Virus record (IMG/VR): IMGVR_UViG_3300045988_120991
Coordinates: 101,979-165,978 of that record
Length of the DNA stretch: 64,000 bases
Direction: 5' to 3' (one strand)
Source: a virus
The notes under the pieces: model-generated
Told to the model about the DNA's origin: nothing
What the model saw: the letters and a program-made list of their open reading frames with translations, nothing else
Database searches by the model: none
Shown: piece by piece, positions 1 to 8,941 of the stretch
Position numbering within the stretch: the stretch's first letter is position 1
Layout of the letters: each line of letters starts with the position of its first letter
Program-made: the position numbers and the translations under genes

Positions 1-575
1 TATGAGTAATCGTTCCATCTACTGTCACCAGTGTGTTGATAGCTTTTATCAAGTCGATAATATCTTTCGTATTGATAATTACTGTCTTTGACTATATATC
101 TTATACAATTAATCCATGTTTCCTGTGGTTCATACCAATAATCTGGCTGAAAGCATGTGCATTTCTTACTTATAGTTGTACCATCAGGCCAAGTCAAAAC
201 CCAGTTTCTATTTTCATCACATTTATCGCACTTAGGCTTTTCATGTGGTTTATTATCTGCAAACCAGAGCTGAGATTTTTCAAGCGCGTCCTTAAAGATA
301 TCGTCAATAGCAGTCTTATAAAATTCTTTTTCTACTTCTCTGCGAAGATTTTGTGCTTTATATTCCAAGTCAATTTCTTTGCTCGATACTTCTCGTGCCT
401 TGTCCTCAAGCTCTTTATTGCGCTTCTCAAGATATTCATTACGACTTTTAAGTGATTCCATGTCGTTCTTCAAAGAAGCTTTTGCTGCATCAACAAGTTT
501 TGATTTCATTTCGTCAAAAAGTTCATCTGCTTCTGACGGCTCCCATATAGGTTCTTCATAATCCCAATAACTCAT
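1..575 (-). CDS. hypothetical coiled-coil protein with Cys-containing C-terminal part; 3' end lies beyond window start
   Basis: Not in the ORF track because it runs off the edge. ATG at 575-573, then an open frame to base 1 when translated by hand (MSYWDYEEPIWEPSEADELF...KCDKCDENRNW...). ATGA overlap with the upstream mini-ORF. Confidence 0.55.
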   Translation of the reverse strand, partial: MSYWDYEEPIWEPSEADELFDEMKSKLVDAAKASLKNDMESLKSRNEYLEKRNKELEDKAREVSSKEIDLEYKAQNLRREVEKEFYKTAIDDIFKDALEKSQLWFADNKPHEKPKCDKCDENRNWVLTWPDGTTISKKCTCFQPDYWYEPQETWINCIRYIVKDSNYQYERYYRLDKSYQHTGDSRWNDYS

Positions 576-685
576 TTTATCCCTCTTTTCTTTGCAATTG
601 TTCTCATTGCATATCTGGCTCCGTATTTGCCATACTTCTTTCTACAACTCCAATAAATCATCCAATATAAGTTAGAATGTTTCAT
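572..685 (-). CDS. small basic protein (37 aa), hypothetical
   Basis: Hand-translated MKHSNLYWMIYWSCRKKYGKYGARYAMRTIAKKRGIK. ATGA start/stop overlaps with both neighbours. Confidence 0.3.
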   Translation of the reverse strand: MKHSNLYWMIYWSCRKKYGKYGARYAMRTIAKKRGIK

Positions 686-954
686 ACGCCACTAATCCTC
701 TTATCGTGCAAAGGCTCCGTTGGAATAAAGTCTTTATAATTATTTGAATGTCTGCAATCCTTATGTTCACAATCTTGTTCACAACCATACGCATAATATG
801 AATTGTTGCAATAATCACAAACATTTCCACAATTAAGCATAATCAAACATTTAATTCTATCTACTGGAGCCATATGAGATACTTCACACATTCTACATTC
901 TTTAGAGCTTTTAAATTCCCGTCCACAAGTATCACATTTATAAATAGTAGTCAT
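682..954 (-). CDS. Cys-rich small protein (multiple CxxC), hypothetical zinc-binding
   Basis: ORF track, 90 aa. Contains CDTCG...CRMCE...CDYC motifs and sits in the same-strand gene train. Confidence 0.6.
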   Translation of the reverse strand: MTTIYKCDTCGREFKSSKECRMCEVSHMAPVDRIKCLIMLNCGNVCDYCNNSYYAYGCEQDCEHKDCRHSNNYKDFIPTEPLHDKRISGV

Positions 955-962
955 AAGTCACC

Positions 963-1796
963 TCAAATTAGTTTCTCGACATAGTTTCTGTCTTGAGTAA
1001 AGATAGGAATTTCATTATCAATTACCCACTTACTTCTCTTGATATAACCACAAATATTTCCTACTTCATCATACTCGGTAAGACTATCATCAGCCTTAAT
1101 GCAGCAGCTACCACGCTTTAGAGTTGTAGAATAATCATTCCAGTTGATGCCCTTCTGTAGCATAAGCATATCCTGAATGTTGTTGCAAGACTTACCGTGA
1201 AGTTCCTTCTGACTGAAGTTTGCCTGACCTACAGACTGGATAGAGTTGCGAGTGGCATCTTGCTGTCGCCAGATTAGCGCATTGCAAACTTCCTCCTTGG
1301 GAATTGTAAAGACACGAGAATCAAACATAGCACCTTTATTTCTTGCGTTAATGAGAATTTTTGTATATTCGGTTAAATCCTTTGTAATACCACAATCGGC
1401 ATCAAGATTGTTGTCAATATACTTTACAATATTGTCGTTAAATGCTTTATTAAATGCTAGCGTTGCCATACTTGCAGATACACTACACATCTTCTGTAAA
1501 TTGTTGCCGAACCAAGCGTCAGTTGTAAGCTCTGCATAGTCAGTAAGCACAAGAGAAATTTCGTCGCTCTGTGTATAGCCAAGGACACAACCTTGGATGT
1601 TCTCACAGAGATACTTCATAGTATCTTGCATAGTCTTTACAAAAATATCATCAAAAGGTTTTTTCATGCCCTTAGTAAAAGTATGACCAGCTTTCATATC
1701 CATTCTAATAATAATCGGCATTCTACGAGTTAAATAATACCGACTGATATTCTCGTAGTTATTTTTCATACGGTCGCCCAGCGTAGTCTTATCCAT
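963..1796 (-). CDS. tRNA(His) guanylyltransferase-like protein (Thg1/TLP family 3'-5' nucleotidyltransferase)
   Basis: 277 aa. N-terminal GDRMKxYE, IIRMDMKAGHTFTKG (compare RxDGxxFHxFT) and YTQSDEISLVL (compare SDEYSF) are Thg1 family signatures as I remember them. Confidence 0.8.
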   Translation of the reverse strand: MDKTTLGDRMKNNYENISRYYLTRRMPIIIRMDMKAGHTFTKGMKKPFDDIFVKTMQDTMKYLCENIQGCVLGYTQSDEISLVLTDYAELTTDAWFGNNLQKMCSVSASMATLAFNKAFNDNIVKYIDNNLDADCGITKDLTEYTKILINARNKGAMFDSRVFTIPKEEVCNALIWRQQDATRNSIQSVGQANFSQKELHGKSCNNIQDMLMLQKGINWNDYSTTLKRGSCCIKADDSLTEYDEVGNICGYIKRSKWVIDNEIPIFTQDRNYVEKLI

Positions 1797-1798
1797 CT

Positions 1799-2098
1799 TT
1801 AATCCTCCTTAACGATTTCTTCTAGGCTATTGGTTTGTACATTATAAACGTATGGCATTCCGTTTGGTGCATAATAAGGAGACATATAACCGTAACCAGA
1901 ATTTCCAGCACATTCATTAAAAAGTATATATACGATTTTTGTATTCGTATCATAATATAAATCTTGCATCATTGTAGGCTGTAGCCTACCATTGGTGCGT
2001 GTTGTATAACCTTTAGAACCAGCAAATGTGGCACTACACCCAGCTAGACAAAAAACAAGAAATACAGTTAGAATCAACGCAATAATTTTATTTCGCAT
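1799..2098 (-). CDS. putative lipoprotein
   Basis: Start moved to MRNKIIALILTVFLVFCLAGC, which has AAGGAG upstream. Signal peptide plus a lipobox-like LAGC. Confidence 0.6.
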   Translation of the reverse strand: MRNKIIALILTVFLVFCLAGCSATFAGSKGYTTRTNGRLQPTMMQDLYYDTNTKIVYILFNECAGNSGYGYMSPYYAPNGMPYVYNVQTNSLEEIVKED

Positions 2099-2636
2099 TA
2101 GTCTTGCTCCTTTCAATAATTTCATCAAGTGTTCTTGGCCAATATTCCATCCAAGGCATCATGCAACCAACATTGATAATATTGCCGCAGTTATCACTAT
2201 TTGTTTGTTTGCTATCCTTTAGCTCCTTCGTCCACTTTTCAACAAAATCCTGCTCTCTTGTTACATGAGTGTGTCCATGCAGCATATAGCAGTTCGGATT
2301 ATAAGATGCTTTATAACACATAATTGGATAGTGACACATAATAACATGTCGCCCACAGTCTGTAATTTCTTTATAATCAACCGCTTCTACGATATATTTC
2401 TTAACGTCATATGGATAATCCTTCAAATCATGATTGCCTTTGATGATATGAATATTGCCGTTTAGCAGCTTTAGATACTTAATCCAATCATCCTTCTTTC
2501 CCCAGCAAAAATCTCCAAGATGATACACATGGTCTGCATTACTTATAACTGAATTCCAGTTGTTGACTAGTGCTTCGTTCATCTCATCAATTGTTCCAAA
2601 CGGTCTGTTATCAAATCTGATAACATTTTTATGCAT
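2088..2636 (-). CDS. metallophosphoesterase (calcineurin-like phosphoesterase)
   Basis: 182 aa with HLGD, GNHD and HGHTH metal-binding motifs in the canonical order. Confidence 0.8.
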   Translation of the reverse strand: MHKNVIRFDNRPFGTIDEMNEALVNNWNSVISNADHVYHLGDFCWGKKDDWIKYLKLLNGNIHIIKGNHDLKDYPYDVKKYIVEAVDYKEITDCGRHVIMCHYPIMCYKASYNPNCYMLHGHTHVTREQDFVEKWTKELKDSKQTNSDNCGNIINVGCMMPWMEYWPRTLDEIIERSKTNAK

Positions 2637-2693
2637 TAAGCGCCTTCAACTAATGAAGGTCAGAAATATAGAAAATCTGACTCATAGATAATA

Positions 2694-2924
2694 TCACGCT
2701 CCTTTCTTTGGTCTTCCACGCTTTTTCTTTTCTGGTTTATCTTCAATTTCTTCAACTTCAAATTTTGGAGCCTCTGGCATTTGCATCCAATATACAACTT
2801 GAAGGTATGTGTTAAACTTCGCATTACCCATATGTAGGGCTGATTTTACGATGCCTTCGTTTGTACATATAATTACGTCCTGATACTTCTCAGGCCATTT
2901 ATCATTGATATTAATCCAATCCAT
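2694..2924 (-). CDS. DUF551-like small protein with C-terminal AT-hook-like KKRGRPKKG
   Basis: 76 aa. The WININDKWPE...WMQMPEAP pattern resembles phage DUF551. Basic GRP tail. Confidence 0.5.
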   Translation of the reverse strand: MDWININDKWPEKYQDVIICTNEGIVKSALHMGNAKFNTYLQVVYWMQMPEAPKFEVEEIEDKPEKKKRGRPKKGA

Positions 2925-3849
2925 TTCTACCTCTCAAAAAGTTAAACATATCCTTGATGTCATCCATGATAGGATAACGGTCTACTGCACAAGAGTTACG
3001 AGCAAATTCACGTTTTACGAGGTCTACATACATACTTGCCGAAGTCATCTCACCATCCAAGCCATCATCTCCCATATACATCTCATCCCATGCTTCCTTA
3101 GACATAATACGCTGAGGATTGAGCTGCTTAATGGCAAGATTATCAAAGCTAACGACATCAAACCAACCATGTTCTACAATCTCAGGAAGATAGTTGTATA
3201 GGTCTTGTTTAAGACCATCAATATGCTCTCTTGCATCAGCATTCTCATAAAGCTTTTCACCACGGCGAAATTCCTTGTAACCAAGAATTAGAATCTTAAG
3301 TCCATAATAGCGAAGCTGCTCCAAATTCTGCATAGTTACAATACCATTGATGACATGAATAACTGCATTAGGAAATTCCTTCACGGCATCAATGAAGCCA
3401 TCCTGCCAAGGATTAGAGAGGGAAATACCAAGACCATAAATAAGCCCCTCGTCACGAAGCTTACGAATAAAGTCAAGGTTCTGCATAAAGTGTTCCTGAC
3501 GAATAGTAGTGTTGCAAATAAGCTTGAGATTCTTGCACTTAACAAGGAAGTCATAGAAATCAGGATGCTCAAGAACATTACCGCCACCGAGAGCCAGTTC
3601 AGTATAAGGATGGAGTTTATCAATAAAGCTCTCAGACATAATGTCTCCATGAGCACCATCACACTTAGAGTCTTCGTGGCACATCGGACAATTCATATTG
3701 CAACGATTTGTGATCTTGATATCCATAGACTCAGGGAAAGCAGCATCAAAAAAGTCTAGGTCATTCTCTCTGATTTTAGTTCCCGTGTCCAAATCAATGC
3801 TTACAGTATAATTACCATTTTGATAACTTACCCAATTACTATTCATCAT
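2911..3849 (-). CDS. radical SAM domain protein
   Basis: 312 aa. CNMNCPMC (CxxxCxxC) lies near the N-terminus within ITNRCNMNCPMCHE. Confidence 0.75.
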   Translation of the reverse strand: MMNSNWVSYQNGNYTVSIDLDTGTKIRENDLDFFDAAFPESMDIKITNRCNMNCPMCHEDSKCDGAHGDIMSESFIDKLHPYTELALGGGNVLEHPDFYDFLVKCKNLKLICNTTIRQEHFMQNLDFIRKLRDEGLIYGLGISLSNPWQDGFIDAVKEFPNAVIHVINGIVTMQNLEQLRYYGLKILILGYKEFRRGEKLYENADAREHIDGLKQDLYNYLPEIVEHGWFDVVSFDNLAIKQLNPQRIMSKEAWDEMYMGDDGLDGEMTSASMYVDLVKREFARNSCAVDRYPIMDDIKDMFNFLRGRNGLD

Positions 3850-4012
3850 AATAGCTCCTTTTCGGTGTTAATATATCAATAATTTTTTCTTTCTGCTCAT
3901 CTGTTAGGGTACAGTAGTCTAGTGTAAAATTTTCACATCCATGCTCAGGATATGCAAGACCATCGTCACAATCCCAAGAATAGCGACTTTTGCAATATTC
4001 GCAAAGGCTCAT
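3839..4012 (-). CDS. small Cys-rich protein (57 aa), hypothetical
   Basis: Below the track cutoff. Hand-translated MSLCEYCKSRYSWDCDDG...; AAGGAGG lies 5 nt upstream of the ATG. The stop overlaps the next start. Confidence 0.45.
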   Translation of the reverse strand: MSLCEYCKSRYSWDCDDGLAYPEHGCENFTLDYCTLTDEQKEKIIDILTPKRSYYDE

Positions 4013-4021
4013 AGATCCTCC

Positions 4022-4444
4022 TTAACCATCGTAGCCGTAATATCCAAAAGCAACAATCTTATCTCCACTATTAGTTGTGTAATACTCTGAGAATGTCTCT
4101 GTACCACTATTATGACGAACGAGCCACTCATTGTGTGTTAAGTACTCATCATGGCTCTTCTTCTTTTTATTTATTAGAACATACTCTGTAGTATAATCCT
4201 TTCGATCTTCTGCACTTAGTTCATCCCAACTCTTGTAATATTTACCCTTGCTAGATTCGTACTTAGCCTTAGCCTCCTCATAATCATAAGAAGTTAGTTC
4301 TTCTGCTTCAAGAAAGTCTTTATTCCAATCTCCAAACAAAATCCTACCATCACACCACTTTTCATAAGTTTCCTGTGGACAAATAGTAATTGAGTGAGTA
4401 GAAGAACTGTTTGTTTCAAATGTCATTCGTCTTACCTGTCTCAT
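4022..4444 (-). CDS. hypothetical protein, FETNSSSTHS-motif family (paralog B)
   Basis: Start moved to MRQVRRMTFETNSSSTHSI. It shares its N-terminal motif, at the same offset, with the gene immediately upstream. Confidence 0.6.
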   Translation of the reverse strand: MRQVRRMTFETNSSSTHSITICPQETYEKWCDGRILFGDWNKDFLEAEELTSYDYEEAKAKYESSKGKYYKSWDELSAEDRKDYTTEYVLINKKKKSHDEYLTHNEWLVRHNSGTETFSEYYTTNSGDKIVAFGYYGYDG

Positions 4445-4446
4445 AG

Positions 4447-5022
4447 TTAATTCCCCTTCCAATACCAATCATAGTCATTGCGATCTGTCATATAATACGG
4501 ATTTTTAATCTTAGATTCCGTTTTGGTTTGCCAGTTATAATCATCGAGATACTCCTGATCTCTTTCAATAAAACAACGCTCTTCGGCATCAGAATTGTCA
4601 TTACCAGTAAATACTAGTCCTCTACTCAGAAAACGTACAAGTTTGTCTCCATCGTTTAGTAGCTCATTTACAAAATCCGTCAATTTACTGCCATGGTCAA
4701 TATAACCATCATCAAGATATAGATAATAGTTATTGCCATAAGAAGAAATGTGAGTTTTTACATCTTCAAAATAATATTCAATGTTATGAGAATCTAGAAT
4801 ATCCTTTAAGGTTTGAATCTTCTCTTCAACTTCGTTCTCTGTATTAGACGTTTCATAAATTGCCGTGTAAAAATAATCCGCTGGATCTACTTCTTCCCAG
4901 CCCCAACCAAAATCACCTACATGAAATGAAATGAAATTAGTTGCTTTACAATTCTTTGGAATAGCAATACTGTGAGTGCTAGATGAGTTCGTCTCAAATA
5001 CGTTACTTCGAATAGTCTTCAT
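4447..5022 (-). CDS. hypothetical protein, FETNSSSTHS-motif family (paralog A)
   Basis: 191 aa, MKTIRSNVFETNSSSTHSIAIP..., with a later GYIDHGS. Tandem paralog of 4022-4444. Confidence 0.65.
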   Translation of the reverse strand: MKTIRSNVFETNSSSTHSIAIPKNCKATNFISFHVGDFGWGWEEVDPADYFYTAIYETSNTENEVEEKIQTLKDILDSHNIEYYFEDVKTHISSYGNNYYLYLDDGYIDHGSKLTDFVNELLNDGDKLVRFLSRGLVFTGNDNSDAEERCFIERDQEYLDDYNWQTKTESKIKNPYYMTDRNDYDWYWKGN

Positions 5023-5024
5023 AT

Positions 5025-5321
5025 TTATTCTCCTTCATTATTCATAATTTCATATTCATGATTAATTGCCTCTCGCATTGTAGAAAACATCTTCTCATCA
5101 GAAGTCATATATTCTGCATGAAGAATCTGAATCCTCTTTGCAGCCTTATTGCGACTAGTTTCAGATGGATCAATAGGATATAGCTTTGTAACATTGGTTG
5201 TATACCAATTCTCTCCGTCATAATATGTGGCAATAGAAGTAGTTCCATTTACTCCTACAGAAATGTTATATACGGAAACTACTTTATTATTTTTCTTTAG
5301 CTTCATCTGGATAGGGTACAT
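5025..5321 (-). CDS. hypothetical protein
   Basis: ORF track, 98 aa. First gene behind a consensus promoter plus GGAGG. Confidence 0.6.
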   Translation of the reverse strand: MYPIQMKLKKNNKVVSVYNISVGVNGTTSIATYYDGENWYTTNVTKLYPIDPSETSRNKAAKRIQILHAEYMTSDEKMFSTMREAINHEYEIMNNEGE

Positions 5322-5335
5322 ATTTGTTCCTCCTT

Positions 5336-5378
5336 TAATTTTGTACTGTAATTATATCATATACTACTCATTTGTCAA
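5336..5378 (-). promoter_or_regulatory. sigma-70-type promoter plus conserved leader
   Basis: Minus strand reads TTGACA-N16-TATAAT-t-ACAGTACAAAATTAA-AGGAGG-ATG. Confidence 0.7.
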
Positions 5379-5391
5379 GTTGGCATATTGC

Positions 5392-5419
5392 ACAAAAGGT
5401 ACGGCAAAAATGCCGTACC
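5392..5419 (-). terminator. rho-independent terminator after the kinase-HD gene
   Basis: Minus strand reads GGTACGGCA-TTTTT-GCCGTACC followed by TTTTGTG. 9-bp GC-rich stem. Confidence 0.7.
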
Positions 5420-5426
5420 TAATTGG

Positions 5427-6302
5427 TTAATGTGCTGCAAGGTCTGCTTCGTGAAGCAAATCCACAGAATTTTTAAGATATGCTGGAAGATTTTTATAAC
5501 ACTTTTCATTTAGAAATGGTGCCATATGAGTGCTTACAAGCCAAGCAACATCTATTCTGATTTCATCTGCAACAAGACCATATATCATATATGCTCCAAC
5601 GCATTGATGCTGATAGAAGTGTGCAGTATCGCTCGGTTCACCTTTTGCATTAACGAATGCTTTGACATATGGTTTACCAACATCGTGAAATGATGCTGCA
5701 AGTGCCATAATGTTATCACACATATCGTTATTTACAATATACTTATATGCCGACTCACAATGATTGTAAATATCTAAAGTATGATGTGGGTTATCATGTA
5801 GAATTCGCATGGCCTCTGTAGAATCATCTATGTATTTTTGCATATCAAATCCATCTGGAAAAATGACTCTAATTTTATCAATGCCTTCATCATAATAAGG
5901 AGCTTGAAAACGCTTAAGCATTCTGTCAATAACTTCTTTACCAACAGTACGTTCTCTTGCGGCATCACGTTCAATGCAAGTTTCAATAGGTGCCCAAATA
6001 ATATGGCATTCAATTTGTGCAAACCTTGGGCACTTTGTAATGATGCTAGCTCTATCTTTTCTTGTGATATTTGTAGCATCATAGATGACATCAAAACCAT
6101 TATTCAATAACATAATTGCTCTATCCTGCATCAATGCAAATACATCTGAAGGATTTCCCTGTATATTTTCATCTCCATATAGTTCTTTTCTGATAGCATC
6201 AGAAGACAGATGATATGTATAGCTATTTTTCATTTTTTCTGCATAAGTGGTTTTCCCAGAACCAGGAATTCCACAAAGAAGTATTAGTACAGGTCTAGTC
6301 AT
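5427..6302 (-). CDS. bifunctional P-loop polynucleotide-kinase-like / HD phosphohydrolase protein
   Basis: N-terminal LLCGIPGSGKTTYA (Walker A) and DATNITRKDR. The C-terminal half has H..HD..H spacing (HHTLDIYNH, FHDVGKP, HFYQHQ, STHMAPF). Confidence 0.75.
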   Translation of the reverse strand: MTRPVLILLCGIPGSGKTTYAEKMKNSYTYHLSSDAIRKELYGDENIQGNPSDVFALMQDRAIMLLNNGFDVIYDATNITRKDRASIITKCPRFAQIECHIIWAPIETCIERDAARERTVGKEVIDRMLKRFQAPYYDEGIDKIRVIFPDGFDMQKYIDDSTEAMRILHDNPHHTLDIYNHCESAYKYIVNNDMCDNIMALAASFHDVGKPYVKAFVNAKGEPSDTAHFYQHQCVGAYMIYGLVADEIRIDVAWLVSTHMAPFLNEKCYKNLPAYLKNSVDLLHEADLAAH

Positions 6303-6549
6303 TCTTATTCTCCATTTCCATCATAAAGTTCTTTTTAAGAACATTCACAAGTACATCATTCATAACCTTCTCTGCAACTTTATTTATAATTGGTTTGTGA
6401 GTATCCATATACTTCTGCTTAACATCTTTTACAATTTCAACAATATTATCTGCAATTTCTACTGCTTCATCTTTGGAATAGATATACGAAGCCTTTACTT
6501 CAATTAAATCTTTAATTGCTCCAGCTACAGCTCCAACGTTATCTTTCAT
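6295..6549 (-). CDS. hypothetical protein
   Basis: Start moved to MKDNVGAVAG, with GAGGAGG upstream. Overlaps its neighbours by a few nt. Confidence 0.5.
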   Translation of the reverse strand: MKDNVGAVAGAIKDLIEVKASYIYSKDEAVEIADNIVEIVKDVKQKYMDTHKPIINKVAEKVMNDVLVNVLKKNFMMEMENKND

Positions 6550-6550
6550 A

Positions 6551-8029
6551 TTAATTCTCCTCCTCATTAATCTCTTCTTGTGCTTCTTCCATATCAGGAG
6601 TAGTTGCCTCAGCCTTTACTAGACCCTCAAGACACTTAAATGCAAAGTTCTTATGTTTATATGCGCAGAATTTAGGCTTATTCACAATACGAACTACTAC
6701 ACCCTCGCGTACATGAATCTTGCCAATAGGATCGGGGCCATCATAATATTGCTCTGCAATATTTTTAATCCATTCACCAGGGGTCCCTTCACGACAGACT
6801 CTCCAAGTGCCATGCTCGCCATAACAATCATAACCTTCTTCAAGACCCTCATCAGCGGGGATAAAACCTCTCCACAACATCGGGACACATTTACAACCCA
6901 TTTGCTCACAACGATAACGCATGAAGTCAGGAGAATACTCTACTACATCTCCGTCTTCATTTGTCATAGTCATACGATAAACATAAAAGTCAGACTGAGG
7001 AACTTCTCTTTCAGTGATACCAATACCTTCTTTGCCGTCTGGATTACAGCCATAAGAGAAAGTCGTAGTCTTACCATACTGCTTCACAAATTCCTTATCA
7101 TTGAGCTTCTTATTATCAGCGGTTGCCATAATAGGAGTGCTAGTATGGGTGAACCCAACTACCTCATAGTAGACCTCTTCACCCTTATGTAGTTTGCCCT
7201 CAAAGAACTTGGAGTGCTGTTCGCGGAACTCATTAGAGCCATAGTAGCCGCCATCAAAATTCTCAAGAACGGTACGACGAGTACCAGACACATAGCCCCA
7301 ATTATAAATAGGAGTTGCAGAAGAAAGTCCAAGATTCGCGAACTTCTGAGTTATAGCACCAACTTTATCACCAGACATTACCGCATCGAGAGCAGCTTGA
7401 TAGATACGGTTTGTACATCTGTAACCCTTAAATACAGGTAAATAGCCGGTGCGCTGAGAAGTACCATGCATCTTTAGAGTGATTTCAATCTGGTCTCCCG
7501 CCTGAAAAGCTCCAAGATTATAGGCTAGCTGTTCAGTATCAGCATGTTCAGTAAACAGAGGTGCGATAGGAACCTTCTTCTTACGAGTATGATTACCATT
7601 TGTAGCATGACCACTACGGGTATTTCTGCGAGGAATGTACTTAGCGCAAATCTCATGTCCATTGAATGTAGTAATAACATCTCCAACTTTTAGATTGGAT
7701 ACGTCACCAAAAGATTCTAAGCAAGCCAATGGTAGAAATAGACCATCTGACTTTTCACCACGAAGCCTAATAGAAGTTACATTGCGCTTGTCTGGGTCCA
7801 TATAACCGCCAATGTTATTACCATCTACATCCTTCTTACGAAGCAAATTATTAGTATCTGCAAACTCAACAGAAAGTTGACCATCCGTAGGGAAATATAC
7901 ACCAATCTGACCGTCTGTATATTCCATACTTACACAAACCGTATTGCCAAAACACTCACCAAGCTGTAATCTGTCTGCGTTAGGATGCTTACGCAGATTT
8001 TTAATTGTTGTTACATACGCATTATACAT
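6551..8029 (-). CDS. ATP-dependent RNA ligase with N-terminal tRNA-binding-type OB domain
   Basis: N-terminal KHPNADRLQLGE resembles the Trbp111/EMAP tRNA-binding OB fold. Nucleotidyltransferase motif I is LKMHGTS (compare KIHGTN of T4 Rnl2), motif IV is REGVVVRI and motif V is AYKHKNFAFK. Confidence 0.75.
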   Translation of the reverse strand: MYNAYVTTIKNLRKHPNADRLQLGECFGNTVCVSMEYTDGQIGVYFPTDGQLSVEFADTNNLLRKKDVDGNNIGGYMDPDKRNVTSIRLRGEKSDGLFLPLACLESFGDVSNLKVGDVITTFNGHEICAKYIPRRNTRSGHATNGNHTRKKKVPIAPLFTEHADTEQLAYNLGAFQAGDQIEITLKMHGTSQRTGYLPVFKGYRCTNRIYQAALDAVMSGDKVGAITQKFANLGLSSATPIYNWGYVSGTRRTVLENFDGGYYGSNEFREQHSKFFEGKLHKGEEVYYEVVGFTHTSTPIMATADNKKLNDKEFVKQYGKTTTFSYGCNPDGKEGIGITEREVPQSDFYVYRMTMTNEDGDVVEYSPDFMRYRCEQMGCKCVPMLWRGFIPADEGLEEGYDCYGEHGTWRVCREGTPGEWIKNIAEQYYDGPDPIGKIHVREGVVVRIVNKPKFCAYKHKNFAFKCLEGLVKAEATTPDMEEAQEEINEEEN

Positions 8030-8058
8030 TTTGTTCTCCTCTCATTAATTTTGTATCG

Positions 8059-8538
8059 TTAAGAAAAATATTGTATATCAAATTCATACCCTTGTGAATC
8101 AACAAAATAATTATTCACAAATTGATTAATGAACTTATAACTCTGCGGACTTCCTTGGATATGACTAATAGGATAATAATCTGGTATATTTTTATCATAT
8201 AATTGAGAATATTTATTTTGCTCAATCTTCTCTGGCTTCTTCGCCCCAACAACACCACCATTGTGCTTTAGTACTCTGTCGTCAAACGCATCCCAATTGT
8301 ACTCACAGCCATACTCATCATAAATACGGAATTCGCCCGTATCGTATGCGGCCTTATACTCTGCCACAGAACTAATTCCATCCTTGTGTGCTTGAAACAA
8401 AGGCAACCAGCCAACACTTGTCTTTGCAATATGAATTTTATAACCAAAGTGTGGCTCATCTGTAAGTTCATAAGAATATGGTGCATAGCGCTGTGCTTGT
8501 TCTTTATTCTTTGTAATCATATAAAAATTTGCGCCCAT
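8059..8538 (-). CDS. hypothetical protein
   Basis: ORF track, 159 aa, in the gene train. Confidence 0.6.
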   Translation of the reverse strand: MGANFYMITKNKEQAQRYAPYSYELTDEPHFGYKIHIAKTSVGWLPLFQAHKDGISSVAEYKAAYDTGEFRIYDEYGCEYNWDAFDDRVLKHNGGVVGAKKPEKIEQNKYSQLYDKNIPDYYPISHIQGSPQSYKFINQFVNNYFVDSQGYEFDIQYFS

Positions 8539-8541
8539 ATC

Positions 8542-8931
8542 TTAGCCCTCATAAAATCTGAATAGTTTACTTAGTGGCACCCCATTCGCCTTAGCAAGAC
8601 CCATAGCATAATCGCACACGTCATCATCGTCCGTCACACCAAGCTCATCACTCATGTAATCACTCAAGGTATCATAAGTATCATTATTGTTATTACTCCA
8701 GCCAATTAACATCTGCCCATTTACTGTAAAAATATCACAAGGTGAACCACCAGCACCATTTGAGAATTTACACCAAGCACCTTCGAGGACCGAGTTACTC
8801 AATGCTTTTGCATCTCTCTTGTCAACTTCAATTACTTTATACTTTTCACCAGAATACGTCTTATTGAAAGTAATGTCGTTGTCCTTTAGAATCTTCTCAA
8901 TATTGCCAGTCGTTAGCATTTCTACTTTCAT
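8542..8931 (-). CDS. hypothetical protein
   Basis: Start moved to MKVEMLTTGN, with AAGGAGG upstream. The longer track start would overlap the HD gene. Confidence 0.55.
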   Translation of the reverse strand: MKVEMLTTGNIEKILKDNDITFNKTYSGEKYKVIEVDKRDAKALSNSVLEGAWCKFSNGAGGSPCDIFTVNGQMLIGWSNNNNDTYDTLSDYMSDELGVTDDDDVCDYAMGLAKANGVPLSKLFRFYEG

Positions 8932-8941
8932 CTTGTCCTCC

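Noticed and set aside
8043-8058. Leader boxes at 8043, 10559 and 55133 as full promoters.
   Set aside because: The TTAATTTTGTA box is present, but I could not find acceptable -35/-10 hexamers at the right spacing. They are mentioned only under the leader-box finding.
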